DNA of 64,000 bases from Dehalococcoidia bacterium (GCA_963665775.2 CAXXTF010000001.1:544001-608000); one strand, 5' to 3'. Positions 24,839 to 34,795 are shown, counted from the stretch's first letter. The notes: generated by a model not told the origin, from the letters alone. Numbers and translations are program-made.

Positions 24839-27154
24839 CAGGTGGGGCCAGAGTCGGCTCAGCCGCTCGTCCTCCTCCCTGCTCGGCTCGCGGTTGCCGA
24901 AACGGGAGCGGTTGTAGGCGGCGGCCAGGGTCGGAATGTCCGGCACATCCCGCAGATCGCCTTTCAGGCGGGCGGCGAACTCGGTTGGCGTCTGGCCGGG
25001 CTGCGGCGGCCGGCCCGCCCAGGAGGCGAGACGCATCGTCTTATCCCAAAGCTGCTGCGGGTACGGCAGGCCCGACACCGACCGCTGCCAGCCCAGGGCC
25101 ACGCTGCCCGCCACGGCCGCTGCGAAGGCGACCGCCGCCACGACGATCCACGACGTGTAGCCGGGGCCGGAGCCTGACGGGCTGGCCTGCGGCAGGCTGC
25201 CGCCGCCGCCGGGCACCGCATCGAAGTCGAAAGGGAAAAGATCATCGAAGTCAGCAGGATCAAAGGGTTCGATATTCGTTGCCCCTGGCAGCGGCACGAT
25301 ATCGCCGCTCCTCGGCTCCGAGATCAGGGCCGCCGGGCGGTCCGGTGTGGGGTTGAACGGAATCCAGCCCTGACCCGGGAAGTACACCTCCGGCCAGGCG
25401 TAAGCATTCTGATCTAGCACCGCGTAGGCGCCCAAATCGCTGTCCAGGTCCGGCTGATCCACGATGAAGCCGACGGCCAGCCGCGCCGGTACCCCCACCG
25501 CGCGCAACATGACAACCATGGCCGAGGCGTGATAGTTGAAGTATCCCTGCCTGGACTCGAACAGGAAATAGTCGACAGCGTCCCTACCCGGTGGCGTGTC
25601 GGGGATGGTGTATGCCACCGTAAACTGGCGCAGGTACGACTCGATCGCCTTGGCGCGGTCGTAGGGGGTCGGCTCGTTCCCAGCCACATCCCCGGCCAGC
25701 TCCTGGACTCGCTGGGGCAGACTGTCCGGTAGCTGGAGGTAGAGATCGCGCACCCACTGCGGATACACCACCCCGGCTGTCTGAAGCTCCTCCGAAGACG
25801 TCGTCTGGACCAGCCCCACGAGCCGGTAGGACTCGCCCTCGGCCAGCCGCTCCTGGGGCCGGACGACCACGGCGTCCGGCAGCCTCAGGTACAGGTCGTC
25901 GCGCTGCCCGTTGATGACGAAAACGCCCGAGAGGCTACTCGCCGGCACGTCTATGCGTGCAGCCACGTCCGTCGATACCGGCACGCCGGTAGAGAAGAGC
26001 ACCGTCCCTACCACGCTCTTGGCCTCTACCGTCACCATCAAGGAGATGAGTCGCCCCTGCAGCGAGCCTTCCGCTAGCGCCTCCCGGAGCTGGGCTTCTA
26101 TGCCCGGAGGCAGCTCCACCTCCTGGCGTGGTCCCGCCTTCCAGCCGCCGGAGACGTACTCCTCGTAGGCAGCTCCCCGCAGCAAGATTGGGCCCCCCGG
26201 TGACGTGTCATCTACCGTCACCGTCAGAAGGTGCCGTTCACCCAGGTTGATGGAGCCCTGGAAGGGGAGGACGCTCGTGTAGTGGTGAGCCGGTACGATC
26301 GTCTTGGCCTGCAGCGGGCCCGCCAGCCGCACGAAGTGTACGCCTAGCCCCTCAAACCGCTGGATAAGAGCATCCATCGGTTTCGGTGTGGGGAACGGGC
26401 CTGACGGCGCGATCGCGGCCATTACCATGAGGAGGAGCACCGCCCAAACGCTGTAGTGAAGGAAGGAGAGGCTGATCAGAGGTGGGTATCTTACCCCCTC
26501 TGACCGCCAACGGCTGATGTGAGCCGTCAGGTTGGAGCGCATTACCAGCAGGAATCCGATCAGGACATAGAAAAAGATGGCGAAGGGCAGCGAGTCGCCC
26601 ACGAACACCATGTCGAGGAAGAGCGCTATGCCGCCCGGGATCAGTCCCAGCCAGGGGTTGTGCCAGCGAAAGATGCTCCAACCGAACAGGAACACCCCTA
26701 GCCAGGTGAGGCCGATCACCATGACGTTGGAGAGGAGCGGGTCGTTGCTGATGCCGCCGCTGAACGCCATCTGGAACCATGCCTGAAAACGGAAATAGAT
26801 GGCGTCCAACCGCTCCCCCGGGCTGCCGGGCCCTACCATCACCATCGTTTGCCAGAAGATCACGGTAGCGCCTGCTACCGCCGCCAGCGGCCAGGCCAGC
26901 AAAGCCGAAAGGGGTGAGCGGGCCAGCGTCATCGCTGCCAGCAGCGCCAGCACTCCCATCAGTGACAGCGCCGGCATGTCGCGGGACCAGCCGCCCGATT
27001 CTATCGATAGCGATACGCTCAGCACCGCCCCCAGGCACAAGCCCAGCGTAAGCCAGTCCTCCCAGTCCAGGAACGGGCCGGTTAGCCGTCTCAGGCCGGA
27101 CGATCCCGGCAACGCCGGCGTCGGCCGCGGTCGCCTCCACTGAAGCTCCGCCAC
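24788..27154 (-). CDS. Membrane transglutaminase-like (TgpA-type) protein with DUF4129-like C-terminus
   Basis: N-terminal TM bundle; D.VDYFLFE...GY..YHASAMVVMLR.VGVPARLAVGF; AWPEVYFPGQGW.PF.PTP; QTP.EFA. Confidence 0.88.
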   Translation of the reverse strand: MAELQWRRPRPTPALPGSSGLRRLTGPFLDWEDWLTLGLCLGAVLSVSLSIESGGWSRDMPALSLMGVLALLAAMTLARSPLSALLAWPLAAVAGATVIFWQTMVMVGPGSPGERLDAIYFRFQAWFQMAFSGGISNDPLLSNVMVIGLTWLGVFLFGWSIFRWHNPWLGLIPGGIALFLDMVFVGDSLPFAIFFYVLIGFLLVMRSNLTAHISRWRSEGVRYPPLISLSFLHYSVWAVLLLMVMAAIAPSGPFPTPKPMDALIQRFEGLGVHFVRLAGPLQAKTIVPAHHYTSVLPFQGSINLGERHLLTVTVDDTSPGGPILLRGAAYEEYVSGGWKAGPRQEVELPPGIEAQLREALAEGSLQGRLISLMVTVEAKSVVGTVLFSTGVPVSTDVAARIDVPASSLSGVFVINGQRDDLYLRLPDAVVVRPQERLAEGESYRLVGLVQTTSSEELQTAGVVYPQWVRDLYLQLPDSLPQRVQELAGDVAGNEPTPYDRAKAIESYLRQFTVAYTIPDTPPGRDAVDYFLFESRQGYFNYHASAMVVMLRAVGVPARLAVGFIVDQPDLDSDLGAYAVLDQNAYAWPEVYFPGQGWIPFNPTPDRPAALISEPRSGDIVPLPGATNIEPFDPADFDDLFPFDFDAVPGGGGSLPQASPSGSGPGYTSWIVVAAVAFAAAVAGSVALGWQRSVSGLPYPQQLWDKTMRLASWAGRPPQPGQTPTEFAARLKGDLRDVPDIPTLAAAYNRSRFGNREPSREEDERLSRLWPHLRAALLKKILGRAWRRR

Positions 27155-27156
27155 GG

Positions 27157-28440
27157 CTAACGCGCTCTCGTCTGCCGCGGCTCCTGCCGAAGCTCTCCCG
27201 CCGCCCCCGCTGGCCCCAGCGCCAGGGAAAGGTCATCCCCGCGCCGGACAAGATAGGTGAGGATGCCGCTGGCCATCAGGGTGCTGAAGGGGAGGAGAGA
27301 GCTTTCCCTGGCCCCGAAGCTGCCGGACTCCAGCAGCACCACGGCCGCTCGTGCTCCCTGCTGAACCAGCGACTGGAGGGCACGCACCCAGTCCTCATCC
27401 GCAGAAGCGGTGACCACGATGAGCGTACTGTGGCGCCTGAATCGCCTCTCTTCTTCCTCCAGGACCTGCGCCAGGGGCACAGTGCCCTTGGCCCTGGCCA
27501 GGGCCAGCGCCTCCAGGATTCGGTTGTACTGTTGGGCGCCGCGGGCCGGCTCCAGGTTCGCCTTCCCCTCTCCGTAGGCCAGCAACCCAAACATCCGGTT
27601 GGCCTGGAGAAAGTGATTGGCCAGTGAGGCCGCCACACGCACGGCGTACTCCTCGCTACTATCGTCCCCCTCGCCGAAATGGGCAGCCGCCTGGAGATCG
27701 AGCAGCACCCAGACGTTGCTGGTGGGGTCCATCTCGAACGTCTTGACCATTAGCCGATTAAGGCGCGCGGTGGAGCGCCAATGGATACGGTTATAACTGT
27801 CGCCGGGCTGGTACTCGCGGACGCTGGCCGCGTTCGGGGTCACGTAGTGGGTGCGACGTCGCTCCGGGCCCTCGCCCACGAGGTGGGCCGGCGGCGCCCA
27901 GAAGTAGGGCAGCTCCTCCGGTCGCGGCAGGACGAGGAGCTTCTGGCTCTCCCCATAGTCCCGGCTGAACCGGAACAGGCCGAACGGGTCGCCCGTCGTC
28001 ACTCGCACGGGGCCGAGTGAGAATACGCCGCGCCGGTTACAGGGCAGGCTCACCTTCCAGTTTCGCGCATCGTGGGCCGGCAGGGTGACAACTGTGCGAG
28101 AGGTCACGCCGGGCAGGTCCGTCTGCTCGGTCACCTCCAGCCACAGCTTAGTGAGGGGGCTGCGGCTGCTCACCCGGATCCGGCTCTCAGTCTCCTGCCC
28201 CACCTGTAGACGGTCGATGCCTCGTCTCGCGGCGGTCTCCAGCCCCCGCAGGTGGAGTCGGGCCCACAAGTAGCTCAGCGGCACCAGCCCGCCGATTACG
28301 TACGCCGCCCGGTAGAAGAGCCAGTGACCGCTCCCCACCGCCAGGCCTAACATCGTCCCGAAGGCGGCTAGGACGAGTAGCAGGTTCTGGTTGCGCTGTA
28401 TAAACCGTACGAGGCGTAATAATGCCCGTCTCACCCTCAC
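27157..28440 (-). CDS. DUF58 (VWA-like) protein
   Basis: RRGVF.LGP, DPFGLF, VREYQPGD...IHWRSTAR...LMVK.FE; start uncertain. Confidence 0.88.
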   Translation of the reverse strand: MRVRRALLRLVRFIQRNQNLLLVLAAFGTMLGLAVGSGHWLFYRAAYVIGGLVPLSYLWARLHLRGLETAARRGIDRLQVGQETESRIRVSSRSPLTKLWLEVTEQTDLPGVTSRTVVTLPAHDARNWKVSLPCNRRGVFSLGPVRVTTGDPFGLFRFSRDYGESQKLLVLPRPEELPYFWAPPAHLVGEGPERRRTHYVTPNAASVREYQPGDSYNRIHWRSTARLNRLMVKTFEMDPTSNVWVLLDLQAAAHFGEGDDSSEEYAVRVAASLANHFLQANRMFGLLAYGEGKANLEPARGAQQYNRILEALALARAKGTVPLAQVLEEEERRFRRHSTLIVVTASADEDWVRALQSLVQQGARAAVVLLESGSFGARESSLLPFSTLMASGILTYLVRRGDDLSLALGPAGAAGELRQEPRQTRAR

Positions 28441-28451
28441 CCTCGCCCTCC

Positions 28452-29402
28452 CTAACTGCTGCGGGCCCGCACTCCTGGTACCGGCAGCTGCTCCAAACAC
28501 TCCACCACCACCTGGGCTGTGGTAAGCCCCTTCACCCGCGCCTGGGCGTTGAGTATAATTCGGTGGCCCAGCGTGGCATAGGCCAGCGCCTTCACATCGT
28601 CCGGCAGCACGAAGTCGCGACCGTCCAGCAGCGCCCGCGCCTGCCCCAGGCGCTGCAGCGCCAGCGAGCCGCGGGGAGAGGCCCCCAGGTACACGGAATC
28701 GTGATTCCGGCTGCCAGCCATGAGGCCGACTATGTACTGCTGGATCAGCACGTCCACGTACACCTCTCGCACCGCTGCCTGGAGTGCCAACACCTCCTCG
28801 GGCCGGCAGACCTCCTCCAGCTCTCCCAGTGGATGATCGTACATCTGGCGGTTCATCATCGCTTCCTCGTCGTGGGCCGCCGGGTAACCCAACTCTAATC
28901 GGATGAGGAAACGGTCCAGTTGGGCCTCCGGTAGGGGGAACGTCCCCTCGTACTCGATCGGGTTCTGGGTGGCCATAACCAGGAATGGCTGCGCCATCCC
29001 GTAGGTCACCCCGTCCACCGTGACCTGCCGTTCCTCCATCGCCTCCAGGAGCGCCGATTGGGTCTTGGGGGTGGCCCGGTTGATCTCGTCCGTCAAAATC
29101 ACCTGGGCGAATAGAGGGCCGCGCCGGAACTGGAAATCCTCCGTCTTCTGGTTGTAGATGGAGACGCCCGTCACATCCGTGGGCAGAAGGTCCGGTGTGA
29201 ACTGGATGCGGCTGAAGGAGCAGCCGCTGGAGCGGGCCAAGCTGCGGGCCAGTATCGTCTTCCCCACGCCGGGTACGTCCTCAATGAGGAGATGGCCGCC
29301 GCACATCAGGGTCATTACGGCCATCTCCACCTGATCCCGCTTGCCGATGATGACCTGTTCGACGTTATCGACGATACGTAGGGCTATCGCGCGAGCATCC
29401 AT
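28452..29402 (-). CDS. moxR: MoxR-family AAA+ ATPase
   Basis: [51 protein letters not shown]. Confidence 0.95.
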   Translation of the reverse strand: MDARAIALRIVDNVEQVIIGKRDQVEMAVMTLMCGGHLLIEDVPGVGKTILARSLARSSGCSFSRIQFTPDLLPTDVTGVSIYNQKTEDFQFRRGPLFAQVILTDEINRATPKTQSALLEAMEERQVTVDGVTYGMAQPFLVMATQNPIEYEGTFPLPEAQLDRFLIRLELGYPAAHDEEAMMNRQMYDHPLGELEEVCRPEEVLALQAAVREVYVDVLIQQYIVGLMAGSRNHDSVYLGASPRGSLALQRLGQARALLDGRDFVLPDDVKALAYATLGHRIILNAQARVKGLTTAQVVVECLEQLPVPGVRARSS

Positions 29403-29643
29403 CTTGGTAGCGACTCCTATCACCTAAACGACGAGGAGTGTCCACGGTTCCGTCTTTTTATCTCGATTCAGATTACCCGCTTAACGGTAAGGCTGGCAAT
29501 AGACAGATTAGCGATCGAGTGTCTCGGGGCCGCGGCCACTGTGATCGGAACCGTCGCCGCTAAACCCGCCGTCGATTGCTGTCGCTGTCCCTACGCGCTA
29601 TCATCCTTACGAGTAGCGAGGCGTTCCTAGATTGGAGGCGCTC

Positions 29644-29853
29644 TTGGCCGAGGTAACGATCAAGGTCAGGTTGAACGGTCCCTACCGGCTATCGGGTCCC
29701 TTCAAGCTAGTAGACGCCGAAGGCAACGAAATTAAGGTTGAGAGCGAGCGGGAATTCGTCGTCCTCTGTCGTTGCGGGCAATCGGCCACCAAGCCGTTCT
29801 GCGACGGCACCCACAAGAGGATCGGCTTTCAGGCCGAAGCGAACGCCGGCTAA
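29644..29853 (+). CDS. CDGSH iron-sulfur domain protein
   Basis: NGPY...LCRCGQSATKPFCDGTH; TTG after GGAGG. Confidence 0.9.
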   Translation: MAEVTIKVRLNGPYRLSGPFKLVDAEGNEIKVESEREFVVLCRCGQSATKPFCDGTHKRIGFQAEANAG

Positions 29854-29903
29854 GCGTCCCACTGGAGCGGGCGACGCCATATCTGTGCGCCCTCCCAACA
29901 GCG

Positions 29904-29943
29904 AAAAAGAGAGTGGCCCCCGGCGCTGCTGCGTCGGGGGCCA
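29904..29943 (-). terminator. Intrinsic terminator downstream of lexA
   Basis: TGGCCCC-GGCGC..GCGTC-GGGGCCA stem with an A-run on + (U-run on -). Confidence 0.65.
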
Positions 29944-29955
29944 TCGCACCCTAAT

Positions 29956-30597
29956 CTAGCTTATGGGCCGGATGGCGCCGATGACCCGGCCCTGAACCTC
30001 CACGTTGCTGGCCTCCGTGTATATGGGCTCCATCGTCTCATTGGCCGGCTGCAGCCGAACCCGCTGGCCCTCCCGGAAGAGCTTCTTGAGAGTGGCCTCC
30101 TGCTCCCGCTTAAGCCAGGCCGCCACCATCTCGCCGTCGTTGGCCACCGCCGTGGCCTGCAGGAAGACGATATCGCCATCGTGCACCAGGGCGTCGATCA
30201 TGGAGTTCCCCTTGACGCGCAGGGCGTAGACCTGCTCCCGGTTGCCGAGCATCTCCGGGGAGACCTCAACGGTCTCCTCCTGATCGAAGCTCCCCCAGGT
30301 ATCAGCGGAAGGAACGGGGATCGGCTGCCCGGCGGCGATGGTGCCGATTATGGGGACTGGCACGACCCGCGGCCGCCGGCCGCCCGGTGGCAGCAGCTCA
30401 ATGGCGCGGGACACCTCGCGGTCACGGCGCATGTAGCCCAACCGCTCCAGGATGCGCAGGTTATAGTCGACCACGGACGTGGAACTGATATTGCAGGCTT
30501 CCTGAATCTGGCGGATACTGGGTGGGTAGTCGTGCTCGTCTATGAAATCGCGGACGTATTCAAGGATACGCTGCTGCTTCGCGGAAAGCTCCTTCAT
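29956..30597 (-). CDS. lexA: SOS repressor LexA
   Basis: YPPSIRQI, STSVV, SRAIE, IAAG cleavage site, GNSM Ser, ATLKK Lys; RBS GGAGG. Alternative upstream starts are possible. Confidence 0.96.
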   Translation of the reverse strand: MKELSAKQQRILEYVRDFIDEHDYPPSIRQIQEACNISSTSVVDYNLRILERLGYMRRDREVSRAIELLPPGGRRPRVVPVPIIGTIAAGQPIPVPSADTWGSFDQEETVEVSPEMLGNREQVYALRVKGNSMIDALVHDGDIVFLQATAVANDGEMVAAWLKREQEATLKKLFREGQRVRLQPANETMEPIYTEASNVEVQGRVIGAIRPIS

Positions 30598-30680
30598 CTG
30601 CTCCTCCGTAGTTTGTGCGCCGCTCCCGTTGGGGCTCTCGTCCATCTGCTCCGCACCTGGCACCGCGGCCGTGAGGGCGG

Positions 30681-30733
30681 CGAACCTTTGTTCGTCAGAA
30701 CACTAGTCTAGAGACCATCCGTTCGATTGTCAA
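30681..30733 (-). promoter_or_regulatory. lexA promoter with SOS boxes
   Basis: CGAAC-CTTT-GTTCG (30681-30694), degenerate AGAAC-ACTA-GTCTA and AGACC-ATCC-GTTCG; TTGACA(30728-30733)-17-TAGACT. Confidence 0.85.
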
Positions 30734-30789
30734 TGCCTTTTGACAACTGTACAATGCCGGAGCGTACATTTGGTCTAGAAGGGGTCAGT

Positions 30790-31524
30790 ATGGCGAGTGA
30801 GCAAGAAGACATCGCTCAAACTCCCGTGGACGGCGACGAGGGGCCGAAGCGCGCCCTGGTTATCTCCGCCCATCCGGACGACGCGGACATCGGTGCCGGT
30901 GGCACCGCCGCCCTCTGGTCGCGCGAAGGGTGGGAGTTCTATTACCTGATCTGCACTGACGGTTCCAAGGGCTCCGAGGACCCGGAGATGACCGCCGAAA
31001 AGCTGGTGCCCATGCGCCGGACTGAGCAGCGCGCCGCCGCCGCTGTCCTAGGCGTCAAGGAGGTCTTCTTCCTGGACAACGTGGACGGGGAGCTGACCTA
31101 TACCCCTGGGCTCATGCGTGACGTGGTGCGTCACATTCGCACGCTGAAGCCCTACGCGGTGTTCAGCCACGACCCGAACCAGATTGTGCGCAACATGTTC
31201 ATTAACCACCCCGACCACCGCTGCGCCGGCACAGTGGCCCTGGACGCGGTGTACCCCATAGCCCGCAACCGGCCCAGCTTCCCGGAACTCCTGGACGAGG
31301 GGCTCGAATCGTTCAGCGTTAAGGAGATCTACCTCTGGAGCGCCTCCGACACGAACTTCGACGTGGACATCAGCTCCGTCATCGACCAGAAGGTCCGGGC
31401 CCTCAAGGAGCACAAGAGCCAGTTTGCCGAGATCGAAGAGCGCATGGAACGGTGGCGGGCGAATTGGTCCGAGCCCGACGGCCGCTTTCTGGAACGCTTC
31501 CGCCGTATTCAGATCCCCTTCTAA
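30790..31524 (+). CDS. PIG-L/LmbE-family deacetylase
   Basis: AHPDD, TDGSKG, R..EQ..AA..LG, NHPDH. Confidence 0.9.
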   Translation: MASEQEDIAQTPVDGDEGPKRALVISAHPDDADIGAGGTAALWSREGWEFYYLICTDGSKGSEDPEMTAEKLVPMRRTEQRAAAAVLGVKEVFFLDNVDGELTYTPGLMRDVVRHIRTLKPYAVFSHDPNQIVRNMFINHPDHRCAGTVALDAVYPIARNRPSFPELLDEGLESFSVKEIYLWSASDTNFDVDISSVIDQKVRALKEHKSQFAEIEERMERWRANWSEPDGRFLERFRRIQIPF

Positions 31525-31527
31525 TCC

Positions 31528-32316
31528 ATGCACTTCGCCCGATTTCGGCACGGCCACCGCGAATCCTATGGCCTCCTGGAAGGCGACCATCTTCGTATTG
31601 TCCAGGGTGATCCCTTGGGCGAGCACCGGATATCGGAGGACTCTCTGCCCCTATCGGACGTTACCCTCCTGGCCCCTGTCCGACCGGGCAAGATCCTGGC
31701 CGTTGCCGTCAACTACCCCTCTCACGTCGCCAGCAGTCGGCCGCTCGTGAAGCAGGGCCAGCCCCTGGCCGTGCCCCAGCTATTCCTGAAACCGCCCTCC
31801 GCCGTCATCGGGCCGGAGGAAGCGATCATCCTGCCTGCCGATGCCGGGCCGGTAGACCTGGAGGGGGAGCTGGTAGCCGTCATCGGCCGCCGCTGCCGAA
31901 ACGTTCCGTCCGCAGAGGCGCTGGACTGCGTCTTCGGCTACACCTGCGGCAACGATGTCAGCGCTCGCCGCTGGCAGCGGAACGACATGCAGTGGTGGCG
32001 GGCCAAAGGCTCCGACACCTTCTGCCCCATCGGGCCCTTCATCGCCACCGGCCTCGATCCCAGGAACCTGGAGCTGGCCACCAGACTGAACGATGTCCAG
32101 GTGCAGAAGACCAGCACCAACGCTTTGGTGCACGGGGTGGCAGAGCTCATCAGTTTTATCTCCCAGGTCATCACCCTGGAGCCGGGCGATCTGATCTTTA
32201 CCGGCACCCCCGGTGAGACGCCGCCGCTCAAACCGGGCGATGTGGCTGAGGTGGAGATTCAGGGGATCGGTGTGCTGCGCAACCCTGTGGTGGCCAGTAG
32301 CGACGTGACGCCGTAA
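31528..32316 (+). CDS. Fumarylacetoacetate hydrolase family protein
   Basis: FLKPPS, EGEL..VIG, NDVSAR, AKG.DTF.P.GP, PGDLI.TGTP. Confidence 0.92.
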   Translation: MHFARFRHGHRESYGLLEGDHLRIVQGDPLGEHRISEDSLPLSDVTLLAPVRPGKILAVAVNYPSHVASSRPLVKQGQPLAVPQLFLKPPSAVIGPEEAIILPADAGPVDLEGELVAVIGRRCRNVPSAEALDCVFGYTCGNDVSARRWQRNDMQWWRAKGSDTFCPIGPFIATGLDPRNLELATRLNDVQVQKTSTNALVHGVAELISFISQVITLEPGDLIFTGTPGETPPLKPGDVAEVEIQGIGVLRNPVVASSDVTP

Positions 32317-32334
32317 GCGCAGGTATCTAGCGGC

Positions 32335-32748
32335 TCACACCTTGGACCACAGGTCCATCCGGCGCCAGCAATGGTCACACAGGGATACGGGCTCCCGGGT
32401 CGATCGACCACGGCGCGTCGCTGTGCGCGAACGGCGCTGCAGGTGGTCGCTGCAGAACACTCCGTCGCAATGGGAACACTGGCCCCAGCGCTCCTGGTCG
32501 CAGCCGCTCAGGCCGCACGAACTCTCGTCGTTTCTCTGGCTGACCAGGCTCATATAGGCCTTGTGGGTCTTGAGATCGGCCACCTTCCTCTGGCAACGCC
32601 GCCGGTGGCACACCTGCTGCCTCTCCTCTAGCTCATCGCCGTGCTGGCGACAGAAGGAGCGGCTGCAGTATTGGCAGGCGGCAACAGGAGGTTCTTGACA
32701 GCGGCGGAATATTCGACCGGCGTAGCAACTCTTCTGGGAAGCGATTAT
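32335..32748 (-). CDS. Multi-Zn-finger (AN1/B-box-like) protein; apparent ATA start
   Basis: The frame extends upstream of the ORF-track start through C..C..CQYC..FC..H; a second module C..C..CSHC..FC..H..C..C follows. RBS GGAAGG precedes ATA at 32746-32748. Confidence 0.7.
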   Translation of the reverse strand: MIASQKSCYAGRIFRRCQEPPVAACQYCSRSFCRQHGDELEERQQVCHRRRCQRKVADLKTHKAYMSLVSQRNDESSCGLSGCDQERWGQCSHCDGVFCSDHLQRRSRTATRRGRSTREPVSLCDHCWRRMDLWSKV

Positions 32749-32796
32749 GATCGTCCTTCCCGGCTTCCGGAAACGGGCACCAGAGCGGCCGAAGCT

Positions 32797-33057
32797 CTAC
32801 TCTTCGCCTTGCTGCTTTGTGGAAGCGACCGTGGAACGGTGGAGGAGCTTCTGCGCCTCCTCGGCGACGCCCAGGTCTACAGCATCGCAGTACGTGGAAT
32901 AGATCGCTCGGTCTATCAGACGCACACCCTCGTCATTGATCTGGCCAGACTGCTCATGGCGTAGCGGCAACAGCCGCTTCAGCTGTCCCAGGAAGTGCAG
33001 CTGCAGCGGTGAGTAGGAGGTCTCGCTCTCCGTGAAAGGGGATACCATCTCCTCCAT
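32797..33057 (-). CDS. Small helical hypothetical protein
   Basis: RBS GGGAGGG; LIDRAIYSTYCD...LG. Confidence 0.65.
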   Translation of the reverse strand: MEEMVSPFTESETSYSPLQLHFLGQLKRLLPLRHEQSGQINDEGVRLIDRAIYSTYCDAVDLGVAEEAQKLLHRSTVASTKQQGEE

Positions 33058-33279
33058 CCCTCCCTTGGTCTTGTCAGCGTGTCGCAGTTGGTCCGGCATA
33101 CGATTAGACGCCTCACTTCATAGGATATAGAGGGGGCCGCAGTTAGGCAAGAGCCGCCTGCCATTCTAAACGTGAATATCCGGTATACGTGAAGACCGCG
33201 CTAGCGAAAGGAGAAGAATCCGGCAGGCGCTGCGTGGCCGTCCGGCGGCCTGGCCGGGTCGGCGGGCGCTGAGGGCGCC

Positions 33280-33660
33280 CTAATCGGCCTCAGCTTGGCG
33301 GTAGCGGTTGTACGACTCAAAGGCGTTGAGGACGGCGGTCGATAACGCCTTTTGGGAGGGGCAGATGTAGCGGTGCCGTATCTCCTCCGCCGCTTCTAGG
33401 GGGCCATCATTTATGTTTCGGCCGCTCAGAACCTCCGCTAGCAGGCGCATACCCAGCTCTGGGACAGCTCTGGCCGCTACGCCCACGATGACGCCGCTCT
33501 TGACGTCCGTCTCCAGCTCCACTGAGACGACCTGCGAGGTGTCCCTGGGTGTGAGGCTCTGGGGCAGCCGCGCGTGGCCCACAAAGATGACTGTGCCGAC
33601 AGACTTCGGGGTGGAGGTTCCGGTATCCGGCCTGCTTAGTTCGACCTGCATCTGGTTCAT
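33280..33660 (-). CDS. DUF3870-like protein
   Basis: TVIFVGHARLPQ...ELETD..SG.I...I..RY...SQKA. Confidence 0.7.
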   Translation of the reverse strand: MNQMQVELSRPDTGTSTPKSVGTVIFVGHARLPQSLTPRDTSQVVSVELETDVKSGVIVGVAARAVPELGMRLLAEVLSGRNINDGPLEAAEEIRHRYICPSQKALSTAVLNAFESYNRYRQAEAD

Positions 33661-33938
33661 CCCCTCCGCTGGCCCGATGCGGATTTAGAGGGACTGAGAT
33701 ACCCCCTCGAGTCGCAGATCGGGCGGGTGGTGGTTGCTAACCTCTTCAGTGTAGCAACTCGCTCTGCCGTATCAACAGGATAGGTCGATAGAACTGATGT
33801 AAGGAGGCGTGAATCTGACGTGAAGGGCTTCACGGCCGTGGTCGTCGGCCGTTGGGCCGCGCCCCGACGTGTCTGGTCTCCGGGGTCGGCCATCGGTACC
33901 CTTCAGGCTGGTGGTGTGCGTCTGCGGGCCGTTCGGGG

Positions 33939-34226
33939 TTACTCGGCTATGAACGATCTTTCCTCATGGCCCGCCTGCACCTGCAGGTGCAGGCGGGAGC
34001 GCCGCGACAGGGAGCGATCATCGGTCGCCGCCCGTTCCGCTGCCTCCTCCGACGTCCATACGCTGACGCGGCCTACCTTTCCCGAGCTGTCTGTCGCCCG
34101 CATGAAGTAGACCTGGAGGCAACCCTCCTGTTGCCGGTAGAGGGCCACCAGCTCCTTATTGATCTCGGTGACCTCCGGCTCACTGCCAGCCAGGGGCTTC
34201 ATTAATGAGACACGGATGTATGGCAT
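33939..34226 (-). CDS. Antibiotic biosynthesis monooxygenase-like (dimeric alpha/beta barrel) protein
   Basis: P..G.E.EV, QQEGC, GRVSVW.SEEAA. Confidence 0.65.
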   Translation of the reverse strand: MPYIRVSLMKPLAGSEPEVTEINKELVALYRQQEGCLQVYFMRATDSSGKVGRVSVWTSEEAAERAATDDRSLSRRSRLHLQVQAGHEERSFIAE

Positions 34227-34309
34227 ATGCGCACATCTCCTCTGGAAGTCCCGGGGCCCTGCCCCAGATGTGGAGCAAGTTTACCGCAGAACAGGCGCGC
34301 TGACAATCA

Positions 34310-34344
34310 GGCAGGGCGGCCTCTCTATATGAGGCCGCCCTGCC
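34310..34344. terminator. 14-bp stem hairpin after the Zn-ribbon gene
   Basis: GGCAGGGCGGCCTC-TCTATAT-GAGGCCGCCCTGCC. Confidence 0.7.
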
Positions 34345-34376
34345 CAGATCTAACTCTCCGTTACCTGGCTTAGAGC

Positions 34377-34583
34377 TTACAGCCGGAGCTTGCCGTGCGA
34401 CGGCTGACGGCGGCGCTGGCGGTGCTCTCCGTTCGCCTCGGTCTCCAGATCAAGAGTCGCCAAAGCATTGACCTCATGCACGAAACCGCAGGATAGGCAG
34501 GTGCTGTAGGCACCGTACCAGTCTTCCTCGAACAGCATTGCGCCGCGACACCTGGGGCAGTTCCGCGGTGGAGCTGCTTGCAT
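34377..34583 (-). CDS. Small Zn-ribbon protein
   Basis: CPRCRG...YGAY..CLSCG; RBS GGGAGGT. Confidence 0.75.
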   Translation of the reverse strand: MQAAPPRNCPRCRGAMLFEEDWYGAYSTCLSCGFVHEVNALATLDLETEANGEHRQRRRQPSHGKLRL

Positions 34584-34647
34584 TGACCCATACCTCCCTC
34601 GGCTAAACCAGAAAAAGCCTGGTACCAGTTCCCCTGGTCAGGCCCTT

Positions 34648-34770
34648 TCAGCCGCCGCCGAGGTTAGTTGACGGATTCGGGTCGAAAGGTTAACCCTACC
34701 CCGACTTAGTCGGGGATTCACCCCAGATTAGGCTCCCCCGGTCCCGATCTTCATCGGGATTTGGCGCGTC
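34648..34770 (-). ncRNA. Cyclic di-AMP (ydaO/yuaA) riboswitch aptamer
   Basis: The minus strand reads GCCAAATCC..GGACCGGGGGAGCC..TGGGGTGAATC..GGTAGGGTTAAC..ACCCGAATCCGTCAACTAACCTCG..GGC, the hallmark ydaO segments. A terminator GCCTG-ACCAG..CTGGT-CAGGC-TTTTT follows at 34612-34643. Confidence 0.9.
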
Positions 34771-34795
34771 ACACTATCCCGTGACTGCGCCTCCT

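Noticed and set aside
33733-33758. Inverted repeat GTTGCTA-N12-TAGCAAC upstream of the DUF3870-like gene
   Set aside because: Single occurrence with no assignable regulator; could be chance.
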